DNA of 64,000 nucleotides, taken from positions 8,370,001 to 8,434,000 of the forward strand of contig CM068750.1 of the NCBI GenBank assembly GCA_035084275.1, read 5' to 3'. This DNA is from Hydrolagus colliei. Its lineage: Eukaryota. A program made the translations under genes and the position numbers. This document shows, piece after piece, positions 26,709 through 40,965 of the stretch. The stretch's first letter is position 1, and every line of letters starts with the position of its first letter. The notes below the pieces were generated by a model. It saw nothing but the letters and a program-made list of their open reading frames with translations, had not been told where the DNA came from and searched no databases.

Positions 26709-26915
26709 CTGATAATTGCCGTTAAACTCAATCATATCCTTATCTGATATACACATTCCAGCACAGAGCAAATATTGATACAGTATATTGATTAGCTGTG
26801 GGAGCTCTTCCAACTCTTTTTCCACACACTGCCCCCCACACCCCCGACCAGAGCACTGAAGAAGATATTTACAGTCCATTGTTGCCTCACTTGAATCATG
26901 GAATTTAGCAAAACC
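26709..26915 (-). pseudogene. Nested antisense gene relic: open exon
   Basis: cccCAG acceptor, CAG|gtcact donor, 207 nt phase 0/0, no stops: GFAKFHDS...CVEKELEELPQLINILYQYLLCAG...NGNYQ. Confidence 0.6.
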
Positions 26916-27325
26916 CTGGGGATTGAACCAAATCTGGTTTGGCTCAGGTTCACACCAGGGCAACGTATAATTTATAAGCTGTGGCAATGGGCTCCAAATT
27001 TCCTATTGTATAAACATCAGGGCTTGGGTTTTAAATTTGTACTGTTCACTTGTATACTTCATTCTCAATTGGGTTTTGCCCAAAAGAATGTTCACATGTG
27101 GTATTTCTTTTATTTCACAATTTTGTGACAGTACAATTCACAGAGCTGTGTACAGAAACTTCCTGGGCTGCACGACTTTATTATTTATCACCTGTTATAT
27201 TTTGACATTAAGATTTTTGTGTATCTGGAAACTAGTAGTAAGCAGTGCTATGGAATTTCCAGTTTCAATTGTGCCAGAGAAAAATCCGTCGGGAGTATTA
27301 ATCCTTTAAATTTTCCTACCTTTAG

Positions 27326-27463
27326 GCCACAGCGCAGTTGATATCAGCAAGGTAGCCCGAAGGCACCGTATGTCTCCATTCCCTTTAACGTCGATGGACA
27401 AGGCCTTCATCACCGTGCTGGAGATGACTCCCGTTCTTGGCACTGAAATAATCAACTATCGAG
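27326..27463 (+). CDS. gphn: Gephyrin exon [46 protein letters not shown] (start of E domain)
   Basis: tttAG acceptor, G|gtatga donor, 138 nt, phase 1/1. Confidence 0.97.
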
Positions 27464-28250
27464 GTATGATTGAGAGTACCGACATCAAAAGCTTCTGTAC
27501 ATGTAGCTGGCTTGACTTGATGGATTCCTAGAAGTTAAATCTGGACGGTAGTTTTGGAGGGCAAGGAGAGAAGACCAAAACTAATGACAGAAACATGTTC
27601 ACGTGAAATGACGTGTTTTTGCTGCAATGTTTTGGTACCATAGGTTGATTATACACTTCTTTCAAGTATGAGGTTTAAAATCTTGCCCTCTGCATTCATC
27701 ATTCTTGAGGTGAAATTATATCACAACAGAATTTTGTTAATAATATGAGCAGTTTGCTGCGATCTTCTTGCACTGATATGGAATGGAGTGTCAGCCCACT
27801 GGGCTATAGCCACAGGTGAGATTGACCAATTTTTTAATGATTATCCAAAGCTGACGCACATTCGCTCTTTCTAGTCCCTAGAAATTGAGTGACAGTGCAG
27901 TGGCCTGCCAGGGTTTGTGAAAAGAATCAAGGGCATTTGTTAGAGTAGACTTCACTTGCAATGACACCAACCCATATCAAAATTGTGATGCTGCTCTTTT
28001 GGCACCCATCTGTTGCAAATGACAACATGGCATCAATAACAAATGTACAGTACAACTGCAGCCAAGTGATTCCGCCTGCTCAGTATAACTTTCAGTAAAT
28101 TTTAACTTCATCTTTAATTCAAACGTATACTTTTATAACTTAATTATTGCCATTAAAGGAGACAAATATATTAATGAAAAAGATGAGAAGAAGCAGGTGT
28201 AATGGACTGGATGCCTCAGCAAAGGTTATAAATATAAAAGGTTTTCTTAC

Positions 28251-28458
28251 AGTCTTTAGAAACCTAGAAATTAGTTTATCTGTATTTGAACTAACTTTCC
28301 CCCACCCTGCATCAGTAAAGGCCCACCGTTCTTGAAGAACATTTGACAATTTCATTAGCACTGGCTCTGATAGCTTTGACTCCACAGAAGCAATGTAATG
28401 CTGGGCAAATAAGCCATTTGATGCGTGCATATTGATAGATAGGAGTTGAATATAAGGT
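28251..28458 (-). pseudogene. Nested antisense gene relic: open exon
   Basis: ttatAG acceptor, ACT|gtaaga donor, 208 nt phase 2 to 0, no stops: PYIQLLSINM...VLMKLSNVLQERWAF...LISRFLKT. Confidence 0.6.
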
Positions 28459-30430
28459 CTATAAATATCTATGCTAGGATTTATTTAATCGGCTTCACAA
28501 AATTAGATCTTGCTGGAAGCATAGTTGTGGAGTTCTTTCTTTGGGAATATTAAGAGGTGGGGAATGCTTAAACAGAGAGATAAGGGAATGTGATACAGAA
28601 AATTTATTGTGATAACAGGGAGACTAATTTCCTCAAAGGCTACACATTATAACTTGGGCATCTGCCGTGTGTGGGCTCTGATGGTGGAGCTTCTACCTGG
28701 GGAGCTAAGGATGGAAGTTAATTGTATTTGAGTAGGAAGGTGGGATTTAATTAATTAGAAAAATGATTTTAATCACTGTCATCTCATCATCTCGCAAACC
28801 TGATACAAGGACTCGGGCACTAAAAATATGCATCGTCTCACCAAGGAAATGCCAACATAATAGATACCAATTGAGATGGGAGCAAAGAACAGCTTGGTGA
28901 TCTTTGAAACATTTCTCAAAATAAGTGGCTTAAATCACAGATGTGAAAGAAATCTGTTCCCTCTTCGGGGAGCAGCCTTTTAATGGATGATTTCATAAAA
29001 TATCATCAGGACACTGTAGGCTGGAGAGTCTCAAACCAGCATGATTGTATATGGGTTTGAAGGTAAAGATTAAATCCATTTTCACTAATATGGCATCACT
29101 TTAATACACTGTTGTTGACTTTTTCTGTCACCTCAACTGCAATTGTAGATATTAAGCAAATGGAGGAGTTAATCCAAGGAAGGGAAATATCAAGTAACAA
29201 ATTAAATTTATATAGCGTCTTTCACATCAGCAGGACTTCGCGAGACGTTGAGTAGGCGAATTATCCTCAATCTGCTTTCATGCACTTGCTGATTTAGATT
29301 GGAATTGATGTACACAGAGGAGACTGTATTCGAAAAAAATGAGTTTCGCAGGAAAAAAACTGCATCACGTTGATTATGTCAATTTGAAGGTGATCAATGC
29401 AGATAATATTTTAAATCCTATATTATGTCATTTTGGAACAGAAACTACCCCCATTTTGTTTGCTTTTTCATTCTTCCATACATCTTGAAACAATTTTAAC
29501 ATTGAAAAAAAACTGGTAGTTTCAGAAGCATTTAAACTGTATCTGTGGGCTCTGTACAAAAGACATTAATCATTCTGCCAATCACTGTGTTTTTGTTTTC
29601 GGGCGCTAACTGGCCATTGAAGATGAGCAATAATTCATTCTTGAATAATTAAGGATTTCTAATAGGGTGACCTATTCCTCTTATTTGTTTCCTTTGAATT
29701 GTTTTGAACCTGAGGAAAAAATGTTTTATTATTCTTTACTCATGGTGATTTCCTGAGAGCTTGGTCGAACTATTCATTTAAATTGACTTGAAAATTATCT
29801 GTAGAGAAGTGCATTTTGTTTTGATAATGATGTGTTTCTGGTAAGATGCTGTGTGAATAAACAGCTTTGATGCTAGATGCTTTTATTATGATAACCAAAA
29901 CTGTACAAGTACACCACATAGTGGTGCATAATCATGATTTTAAGACATGCTTTTAATACCTCTGCATTATTAATGTGCCACATTAATGAACAGAATATTG
30001 TTAAGTATTGTATGGACGAAATTGTATTACATAATTTGATTAATCTTAGGTTGACTCGTATTAAAATGTGAGATATTGAACACTTCATCATTCAAATAGA
30101 TTACAGTGCATTTGATGCCCACCTCCACTTATCATCTTTTCTTATTATCGATTCAAAAGCAATTAAGATAAACATTAAGCAAATGTTTAAAAGGGCATAA
30201 ACAAGTCATGGTGATACTATATTAAACTGTAACTGGATACGTGAACTTTTCCTGCGTTATAGGGTTAGATGCTTTACCACTTGCAGTCTATGGGATATGT
30301 AGTAATCATAAAATAAATTGTTTCATATGGATTCTGCAGTACACTTCCAAAAGAACTAATAATATTAGATGCCCCTTGTGAATGGCAACCACCTTACTGT
30401 TAAAGACATACCAACAAAAACATAAACATC

Positions 30431-30680
30431 CTGAGAGCTTAAAAGTAAGCAACAAAGAGTGAAGACTCCTAAATTCCTTTGCGATATTAAAGGCGCATTT
30501 GGGATCAGGCTCATCTAAACCACAAGAGAGTTTCATTTGTAAATCTTTCAACCCATTTGATCAGATCCTTACATAAGAGCAACACCAATATACTGTCTAA
30601 TGAATATGACCCTAATTCAGACATTATATTTCATCTTCACAAGAACTTGCAGCTTCTAGAATGTCCTCTGAATTCCATAT
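30431..30680 (-). pseudogene. Nested antisense gene relic: frameshifted exon, donor apparently decayed
   Basis: Fragments MSELGSYSLDSILVLLLCKDLIKWVERFTNE and LDEPDPKCAFNIAKEFRSLHSLLLTFKLS in different frames; ends CAG|gatgtt. Confidence 0.4.
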
Positions 30681-30863
30681 CTTAAGCCAAACACAATTTT
30701 ATAATTTTCTTCAAACAACGGGAAAAAGTACTGCTATTAAAACTATTACAGTATCAATTACAAAGAAAAATACAGTTCTTTAAATCTTTGTATCCGACAG
30801 CATGTTTTCTTGCAAAGAGCTCTTTGACCTTTCATCATTCATCCTACAACTGATATGGGGTAC

Positions 30864-31038
30864 CTATTTGCTTCGACTAAGGATGATCTGAACTTTATTC
30901 TCACTCCCTCCATTAGTGCCTGGACAGGTCTGTGATCATTTCTAGGTAGAAGCAATTCAGCAGCTGAAGACGCTAGACACACTAATTCAACACACAAGTT
31001 TTTCATCCTCAGCAAAAATGACGACACTGACTTCCTCA
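30864..31038 (-). pseudogene. Nested antisense gene relic: open exon
   Basis: Strong acceptor ttttttttacactttctcctcAG, donor AG|gtaccc, 175 nt phase 1 to 2, no stops: VRKSVSSFLLRMKNLCVELVCLASSAAELLL...EANR. Confidence 0.6.
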
Positions 31039-31519
31039 CTGAGGAGAAAGTGTAAAAAAAACACAACAAACTTCAACATGAATGTTAGTTTGATGATAGG
31101 TGATTTTACCTGCTTTCAGTTTTTTGGGGGATGAATGAGAGTTATGTGGCTAATTTTTTTTTAATTTCCAATAATTTTTTCAACACATTTCAGAAGCAGA
31201 AATCTTTTCTACTGTTTTTCAAAAGACATTTTTAAAGGGGGTAACAAACTGCAATTTGACTGCTGTAAAGGCATGAAATAATATACAACAGAATGGCAAG
31301 CCCAACAATGCTGAGGTTTTAGGCCGTAAATTGAATGACAACAATTAGGTTAACATTTCATTTTAGTGGTCCATCACAAATCATTTGCCTCTGTGCCCAG
31401 GGCCAATCTTCTCTACGTCCCCACAGAGCTATTTTGAAAAGAAAATGGATTAATCAGAGGAAAGGTCTCTTTAATTAGAAAATTTTACTCACCACAATCA
31501 CTGCAACACACACTCTTAG

Positions 31520-31927
<408 letters not shown>

Positions 31928-32006
31928 TGAATTTTTACAACTCTGTTGATGCATATATTCAGAGGTAGTTTTAATTGTGTGTGTCTCCTATGTTTAATAT
32001 TTACAG

Positions 32007-32062
32007 CTGCTGATGGCCCTGGTGATCGGTTCATTATTGGTGAATCACAAGCTGGAGAACAG
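32007..32062 (+). CDS. gphn: Gephyrin exon AADGPGDRFIIGESQAGEQ
   Basis: tacAG acceptor, CAG|gtgagg donor, 56 nt. Confidence 0.97.
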
Positions 32063-32816
32063 GTGAGGACCGAGGTTTGCTTTGTAAGAAATTTAACTAT
32101 TAAAAACAAATTTCGGATGTTCCAGTGATCCACACGGATTTTCAACTTCTGTGAGTTTTTTGGAAGTGAGAAAGGGCTGCTTGGGGAAAGGGGCTTATTG
32201 TAAGTTTGTTGTTTGCTGTACGGTTACCAAACCAAAAAAATACAAATACAGTGTAGGGTATTATTCTGTTTTTGCTTCAAGCTTGGAAATGAGGCATAGC
32301 TATGATAGGAGGGATTATAATACAGCAAGTATTATTTTGAGATCCAAAATGTTGTATTGCGATCTAGCAGGAGAACTCGTATCACTAGCTGTGCATCTGC
32401 CAATACAAAGCAAACTTCTGAAACTCAACATTTGAAGTCAAGTTCTGTTGGCTCCATGGAACTCTGTACATGTGTATCCATGCACATGGCATGGATCTAC
32501 GTTTTTTTCATGGAGCACAATAGAACTCTGTTCCAAGAGTTCCAGAGAACTCCTCTCTGCCAAATCTCGTTATTTGGCACCTTACACCTTACTTGCTGTG
32601 TTTGGATTAGTGGGGTGGGTGGGGGGAGTGGAAGAAGCACAATAATTTCATACGCTATGCAAGTATTTCATTTTGGTACGTATATTTAAACATTTGAGCC
32701 AAAGAAGTTATCCTCTCCGGGATATGTTCCCCCCTGTATCAGTCACACTTTATAATTTGGAAGTATAACTAATTGTCTCAAAGATGATCTTTTTTTATTC
32801 CTGCATGTTTTTGCAG

Positions 32817-32936
32817 CCGACTCAGACTGTGATGCCTGGTCAAGTGATGCGGGTCACGACAGGGGCTCCAATACCTTGTGGTGCAGACGCTGTGGTGCAG
32901 ATTGAAGACACAGAGCTCATCAGGGAGACTGATGAT
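32817..32936 (+). CDS. gphn: Gephyrin exon [40 protein letters not shown]
   Basis: MoeA motif TGAPIP.GADAVV; ttgcAG acceptor, GAT|gtaagt donor, 120 nt. Confidence 0.97.
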
Positions 32937-33749
32937 GTAAGTCTGGGTACAGAGGTCCCGCTGCTCTTCAAGAAGTTTAAATACTGAAAACAACTGAGGG
33001 CCTTTTTTTTAAATGGAAAAAAAAGTTCATTGATTTCTAATAGTTGAGGTTACTAGGACAGATATCAAACCTTGTCATGTTGAACCCATTTCATATTGAT
33101 GTCCTTTGTGTATGCAGCATGATGTACTTCTAATCATGGTAAGTGATAGCAAGCTGTTCCATTTTTGTTTTGGGCACTCTATGTAGTGCTTACATTTCAG
33201 AAGCGAGTCACAAAACAAGGACACGGCCGCAAACAGGGTCTCCATACCCACATGGTTTTGTTATTTTCTATCATTGTTGGCTGGGGAGGAATTGAGAAGG
33301 TTCGACTTACCGAATATGTTTTGTGTATCCGTTTCATTTCAATGGAATTATATAAGATGCTATCAAGGATGACGCATGCTACTTTTTCTTTTACATTGGA
33401 AGACAAATTTCACAAATGAAAATGGCGTAAATTCATTGTAGATATACCTCATAATTGACTTCCATTCTCAATAAAAATAATCATCTCATATATTCTCATA
33501 TCTATTCTGTGGGCTTTGCTGATAATTTTTACTGCTCAATTCCTTGATAATTCATTGCCGATAAATCAAAAGTCCCATAATGCAGAACTGAAAATTATCT
33601 TTAATATCTCCTTTGCATGCTGCAGTCTAGAATGTCTATAAAGAACTCATCAGTAATGCTTTTAGGATACAAAATACTACCAGTCTCATGACTTTACAAG
33701 TGCAAAACGCAATACTTTCTGTGGCTGATGTGGCAGTTTAATGTTACAG

Positions 33750-33808
33750 GGTACAGAAGAGCTGGAAGTACGAATTCTGACACAGGCTCGGCCAGGTCAG
33801 GACATCAG
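33750..33808 (+). CDS. gphn: Gephyrin exon GTEELEVRILTQARPGQDIR
   Basis: tacAG acceptor, AG|gtcagt donor, 59 nt. Confidence 0.96.
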
Positions 33809-36208
33809 GTCAGTTGTGTTCTCGAATGTCGATTGAAAAAATTTATTATATTATTATTGTTTTATTACAATGCCAAATCCATGAATGGAATGTGTGGCTT
33901 GACCTAACTCTGATCCAATACTTGTGGCCTTGTGCTGCTGGGATGCATATTAAATATGAATTTAAAAACAGGATGAATTTTGATAATCTTCCCAGTCAAA
34001 TGTGTTGATATTCCAAACAAGATTACTTACATTGAGAACCAGCTGATGTAGATTGTCTCAGTCTCACAAGTAATTTAAATTTGAATTAAGGAAAAAACAA
34101 AATTCTTCACCTTTATGAGTTTTTTGTTTACTAGTTTGTCTTTATTCGAAGTACCATCTTGCTCAATTCAGTCTTGATATTGTCTTTGTTTTGATTTTAT
34201 ATAGGGTCCTGTGCTGATCAGAGTGGATTTTCTTTAAATTCTGTGATTGGTTCAAATTGGCATTCAGTGTTTAATAGGTCAGGAGAATCCATTAGTGTCG
34301 TGTTTTTGAGTGGATCATTGACTTGCTGGATATGGCACACTTAGTAAGGTTTTGAGGTTAATTGGAATATCATCTGATGAGTCACAAAAGACAGCTCATA
34401 ATGGAGTAATGACATTGATATGATGTTCTCCAACGTATTTTTTTTGGAACAAATTCCAGTGCGATATAGAATGAAGTCAATGTCCACAAGTTTTGAAATT
34501 GGATTTGTATCTGAAAATTCAGTGTGTCATTTTGAAACCATTAGGAGTCATAAGTGCAACCTTGAACCATCAATAGGAGCAGCCTCACTGTATCTGATTG
34601 ACAGGAGCTGCAGGTTGTTAAAGTACCCTTCGTGACTGATGCATTTAAGGTCCAGTGCATTCTGTGCAAACTCTTAAATCGTGTGCCTGGATGCTCATCA
34701 TTCTGCTGTGATGAAACAGTGTGAATGAGATCATCTATAATTCATGCTAGTAGTTACTTAAATCTAGTGGGATAATGAATCTCTGTTACCATGCTTAAGT
34801 AACGTGTTTTTGGTTAGAAAAAAAATGATTTGGCTATCCTGGAAATCATTTTTAAAATTGCCATTGTATAAAATGGTCATCATAAATAATTTTACTTCAA
34901 GCTCAACACTGCATGCTTTAATGCTGCATTAATATTGTGCAATAAATGTATAGGTATATGGCAATGTTAGCACATTAGAGAAGAGCAATGAGTTGCAGAA
35001 GAAGGCGATGGTTATTACTATTATTTTTTTCATGTGAATAAATGACATTTTAGGACCATCTTTCATGTTTCTTGATCTATTGGTCATTAGCAATGATGGC
35101 AAAAAAATGTATGTGACATTTGAATTTAAAACGTACTTGAATGATTGCCTAAAATAATTCACTTTCACCAATAAACAATGATGTGGAATGAGATGCACAA
35201 ACAACTCAATGTATTTGCCTTCAAGAAATATTTTTTCTTATCCGTGAATTATTTAGAAAGCAAAGAAAGTACAATACCTTGAATGGGTAACTACTATTGA
35301 AGCTGTCAGCATAGAAGTGATACTTTTTGCACATGAAAATTATTTCCAGTCTCTTGCTTTTTCATCTATAATTAGATTTCATTTTTATGGGAATTCTTTG
35401 AATGATATTTTGGAATGTAAGGGACTATTGATACCAAAGAGAGGGATTGACTGCATTCTTGATAAATTACTATTTTTTTCCAGAATTAATATCAAGGACC
35501 CCACTGCCATGCTAGATACAAAAGCAACTTACACCTCTCTGGTTATTGTAACCTTAGCCACAGCTTCACAAGATTTTACTGTACAACTTAATAACTCTTA
35601 CGCTTACAGCGTGTAATCCGTTGTACATTTATTGATAGATATAAATCTTCCATGATTATTTGCTGATTTTCAGACCTTATCCAGTACTGTATTATTGTTT
35701 GAGATGCTGCATCGATATTGTTGTATTTTGTTATTTCCCTATCTTAAAATCCTCAGTTACAATCTTCCCTCTTCATGACAAACATATTGAACTTACCTCT
35801 GTCACTTTCGCCCTCTCCATTAATAAATGGCCATTGCAGTTTTCATATGGAATACATTCCAAATAATTATATTATAATTATTAATATACTATAGTATTAT
35901 ATCATTATATGCAATGTATTATAATAAATAATAATAATGTATTCCATGTAAACTTTTGTTGTAAAGACGGATGATAAAGGCAAAGATTTCTGTGATTTAC
36001 TTACTATGATACTGTTCTTTGGCAAGAGATGTATGTGCGTAAAATACTGAATGAGAAAAGGTTATTCGGCCATGAAATTCATCCCATCCGAAGACCAAGT
36101 TCAATTTGCCTTGTCATCAACTCTGTCCAACCTTCGCACTCTCTTGAGGAAAGCAACCAACTGGAGGTGAAACATCCAAGAAGATTGAAGCACAGAAGCT
36201 CTGTGTAG

Positions 36209-36738
36209 AAACTCTGCAGCTCGTGTCCTCCCCCGCACCAGGCTCCGCGACCCAATCACTCCCACCCTTGCCCAGCTCCATCAGCTCCCCATCCACCAGA
36301 GGATAGACTTGAAGGTCCTCATCCTCGCTTTCAAGGCCATCCATAGCCTTGCCCCCTTCTATCTTTGCAACTTGCTGACTCATTACCAACCTGCCCGCTC
36401 CCTCCGTTCAGTGGGCTGCGGTCTGCTCCATGCCTCCTGCCCGAACCGCCCTACCGTTGGTGGTCGGGCTTTCAGCTTCTCTGCTCCCACAATCTGGAAT
36501 TAGGTCCCATAGTCCCTCTGCCTAATTTCTTCCCTTGCCTCCTTCAAGACCGCTCTTGAGACTCTCCTTTTTGATCGTGCCTTCAGCTGCCTTCCCACCT
36601 CTCTGTCTCCCTTCACCCCTACCCTGCCCCTCCCTCATACTCAGGGCCTGACCCCTCACTGTTCAGCACCTTGGGATGTCCTCCCAACATGAAAGGCACT
36701 GTATAAATGTAATTTTATTCTTGTTGTAGTTCTTGTTG
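36209..36738 (+). mobile_element. L2 LINE 3' fragment, same family, decayed
   Basis: NSAARVL, KVLILAFKAIH.LAP.YL, GGRAFSFSAP.IWN and the shared 3' tail. Confidence 0.9.
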
Positions 36739-36861
36739 ACCCTAAAGGTACTCGAGCAAAACTCCATGATATTAATCAACGTCATTCAACTTTGACCAGT
36801 TTCATTGCACACATCCATTCAGGTCCCAGGAACGATGGGAAATATTTGATTACCTATAACC

Positions 36862-37195
36862 TAGGGTCCGGTGATATATCGATATATAGGTTATATCGAT
36901 ATAATTTTCATATCGATATACCGATATCGGAATTTTAAATATATCGATATATCGAAAAATGCGATATAAAAAACATATTGGTATATCGTAAATATCGGTA
37001 TATCGTTTCCGGCGATATATCAGTATATATCGGTATGATGCGGACTTTTTCAACTTACCTTGTTGATATCTGAATGCGTGCGCACCTCCGAATGCGCGTG
37101 CATGCGCAGGACAAAAATCCGCGATATCGATATATATGTCGATATGGGCAAACCGATATATCGATATCGGAAAATTTCAATATCGACGGACCCTA
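36862..37195. mobile_element. Non-autonomous hAT DNA transposon (MITE)
   Basis: TIRs TAGGGTCCGGTGATAT / ATATCGACGGACCCTA (14/16 match); perfect 8-bp TSD CTATAACC at 36854-36861 and 37196-37203; subterminal ATATCG/CGATAT repeats. Confidence 0.93.
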
Positions 37196-37589
37196 CTATA
37201 ACCATGTTGGCGCTGTTCTTGAACAGACATTAATCCAAGTCTTTCTGTTTGAAAGGAGTCCACCAAATTAAGACCTGCTTTTGCTTCACCGTGAATGTAT
37301 TGGTTTCTTTTTCATTTTAATTACCAACGCAAGTTATTTGCCATTCCTCAGCCCATCCGCTTAGTTTCTGTGTAGTCTTAACATCAGTATTAATTAATGC
37401 AAGAGATGGCATTGTTTTAATATGAGTCATGGTTAATTTAATTTTAAGACATTCAAAGCAGCATTTAAACAAACACAAAAATCCTTGACAAAGGAAATTA
37501 ATAGTTGAATAGTTTGGACCGCATACTGCAGACAACTCACAACATTTCAGATTAATAACAATTGATTTCTTTGCTTTTGTTCATAATAA

Positions 37590-37805
<216 letters not shown>

Positions 37806-39763
37806 TGAAATATTGCGCATTTGTGTACGTGTAACTACAAACTCTTGAGTTACTTTTCGATTTCAAGCAAAGTCGCAAATGAGTAATTGAAATCATTGAT
37901 TCAGCGGAGAAATCTGATTCAACTACCTCATTGCTGATGTAAAAATCATTCCCCTGTTCTTTCTTATATCTCACTATCATGAACAGAGTTGTGTCGGGTG
38001 ATTGTACCAATTCGTCAGCAGAGCTTTGCGGTTTGTAAATACGGCTGATCATTCATCAAATAAAAGAATGCCTAAAACACACCCATACACAAACACAACT
38101 CAAATGATTATGTTATGGAAAAAGAATTATTTTTTGGAAAATGTATTCCTGAATTTTTTTAACAAAAGACTTATTTCACTCCTTTATTTTGTTTTTCTGG
38201 TTCTTTTGTTTTAACTCCGATGTGAACAGATGAATCAGGTAAAAAAAAGTAGTCACTTTACACAGTCATCTCACAACTTCGTAACCAGACCTAATTGCAC
38301 ACAAGCCACCCATTCCCTCCCCCCAGAATGATGCCGCCATCTCCAAGGCAGCGACCACGATTCACCGTCCAGCTTGCTGCTATCACCTGAAAGTATGCCT
38401 TCAGTATGCCTCACCTCCAGAATCAGCAGCTAGGGTGACAAACTTTGCAAGGTTGCCGTTAGCTTAATGGATGCCAAAGGTTGTTGTCAGAGTTGACTTT
38501 GGCCCCCATAAGCGTGCCAGCACCCTGCATGAGAGTATCTTTGCCTTTCATGGGGTCACAGCCATTGAGTCACAGCTGCCCTTCCCAAGAACATGACTGC
38601 TTTATGTGAGCACACGCTGCCGTAGCCAAGTCTTATCCAAACGTTCCACTCCGTTACTACAGCCCTTCAGAACTATTGTGAATACAATGCTACTGTTGCT
38701 GCTGCCCAAGTTCTCTTTGAGGTTCTTGTAACTTCATCAAGTTGTTCACACTTTCCCTTTGGATGCAGCCACTGACCGCGGTTTACTTTGTGGTTCCGCC
38801 CCCAATCAAAAGTTTGTCATCTCAACTCAATGCCACTTTGTTGCGTTTATAACCCTCGGTTTATAGCCTTCAGAAGCAAAGGGATGCAGGACATAGGAGC
38901 AGCAATACAGTACTGCACAAAAACAATGTGATGGGTTAATACCTGTAATTTCTTGCTTGGTGAGTTATCGATCAACTATGAGCTGTTGGAGAAGAACAAA
39001 GTGGAGGTGACCCACTCCTCTACTGAAAGAGTGGACAATTTAGGAATAATCACTACCTACAAACGTACTCATTTAAGTCTAGTATACAGTGGAATTGACC
39101 ACGTTCTCAGCTGACTAATGATGCATGCACCGAAAAAATGAAAGAAGAGGGAGGAAGGAGCGAACAGGTTTTTTTACACCAAACACTAAAATGGCTTGTT
39201 GGAAATCATCAGTACACCACAGTACATTTGGAACTGTTGAACATCTGTCATTGTTATTTGTTCTTTCATTGCACTTTCACCAATTTGGATCAAGCATCTT
39301 TCTTTTATACAGTGTATCAGATTTACTGTTGAAAACACCCCCCGATTCAATTGGTACAAATGGGCAAGAAACAGTTGGAAATAGAGAACCAGGAACATTC
39401 GGTGCGTTTTTCCTTGATCATATATTTGCCAAATGGCTTTCAGTGCCTAGCCAATTAAGAAAATCTTGTGGAGAACAACATGTGTACGTATATGGTACGA
39501 TATATCCTGAAAACCGGAGCAACTTTGCAAATAAAACTAAATTTGAATTTACTTAATGCTGCACCTAAATATCCCTTTCCCATTCTGTACACAATTGTAT
39601 TTTATCTTTGCTTTTGTTTACATGGATTGGAATGCTATCTGAGCAGTTTTATTTTAGAAGAACTCAACTCACAGAAATGATAAAGCAGTAAACTGGAATT
39701 TGTGTGATTAATGTAAAAACTAATCCAGCTAAAAGATGGTGAACAGTGTTTCGTACATATTTG

Positions 39764-40036
39764 AATAATAATAATCCTTGCATTTGATATAGTGCTTTTC
39801 ATGTCTTCTAAATGTCTCAAAGCGCTTCACAGAATACAATATAAAGTGAATAGACCGTATATATGTGGGTGAAATGCAGCAGCCAATTGCGCACAGCAGT
39901 GTCCCACAAACAGTCGTGGATTGAAATGACCAATTTATTATAGTTTTTTTCTGAGGGATTATTATTAGGCATGTGAAGCAAGATTTTGCCCTGCCTGGAA
40001 TTGAACCCAGGTCTCCCGCTTGTAATGGAGAGTGCA
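39764..40036 (-). mobile_element. tRNA-SINE, same family
   Basis: Reverse complement of tail, core and B box (ggaattgaacccaggtctcccgcttgt). Confidence 0.85.
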
Positions 40037-40770
40037 TTTTTACTTCTGTTTGCCATTTGGATGTTATTCAAATGCTTTTCCATCGATGAACAATTAATAA
40101 GATGTAAACCAGTGGCACAGCTCAAGAAAATGCATGCTAGAATTCTTCATAATCCAATAACCAAGTGGGTAGCCTGCAGATTAATCTATTAGTGTTCCCT
40201 TTTTAACAAGTTTCACTTCTCATATTAATAGGCGTTCAGATAGCATTCTCAGTAATGACCTGATACCATTGATGGTATCTTGCTGACCATCTGCTCAAAA
40301 TATTCTATACCTACAACCCATATTGGAGCTTATCAAAACTGAAGCCTTTTACAAATTTTGTATGTCTTCAACAAGTTGAAGCAAACTGCCTTGACTACAT
40401 CTTTCAAGCTGCAAAATAAAGCAGTCACCATACTTTCATCAAACAATTACTGGTCAAATTTCTGTTGATGTCTTGCTGCCCTCCTCTTGAAACAGTTTCT
40501 CTGTTAGAATCCTGTTGGTACGCAGGAGGATTTAGAAATAAGAAAGGAAATATTTTATGGCACGTCATACAGAACCCAACCCATCCCATTCTCTATCATT
40601 AGGGTCATTGTGTTCTTCTCTGGCAATTCACTAAAAATGTGTTCATTACGTAACCGTTTCCTCCACTGATCAGTAAACAAATGACAATGTGGTACCTGGT
40701 GTCGGAAGGAACTATAGCCTGATACATGCCACCATTTTCTCTCATAGTGATGTACATTTACTTTATGTGA

Positions 40771-40965
<195 letters not shown>

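Noticed and set aside
36850-37271. Tyr/Ile/Arg-rich ORFs and a CRISPR- or satellite-like look
   Set aside because: Explained by ATATCG subterminal repeats of the hAT MITE; there is no repeat-spacer periodicity.
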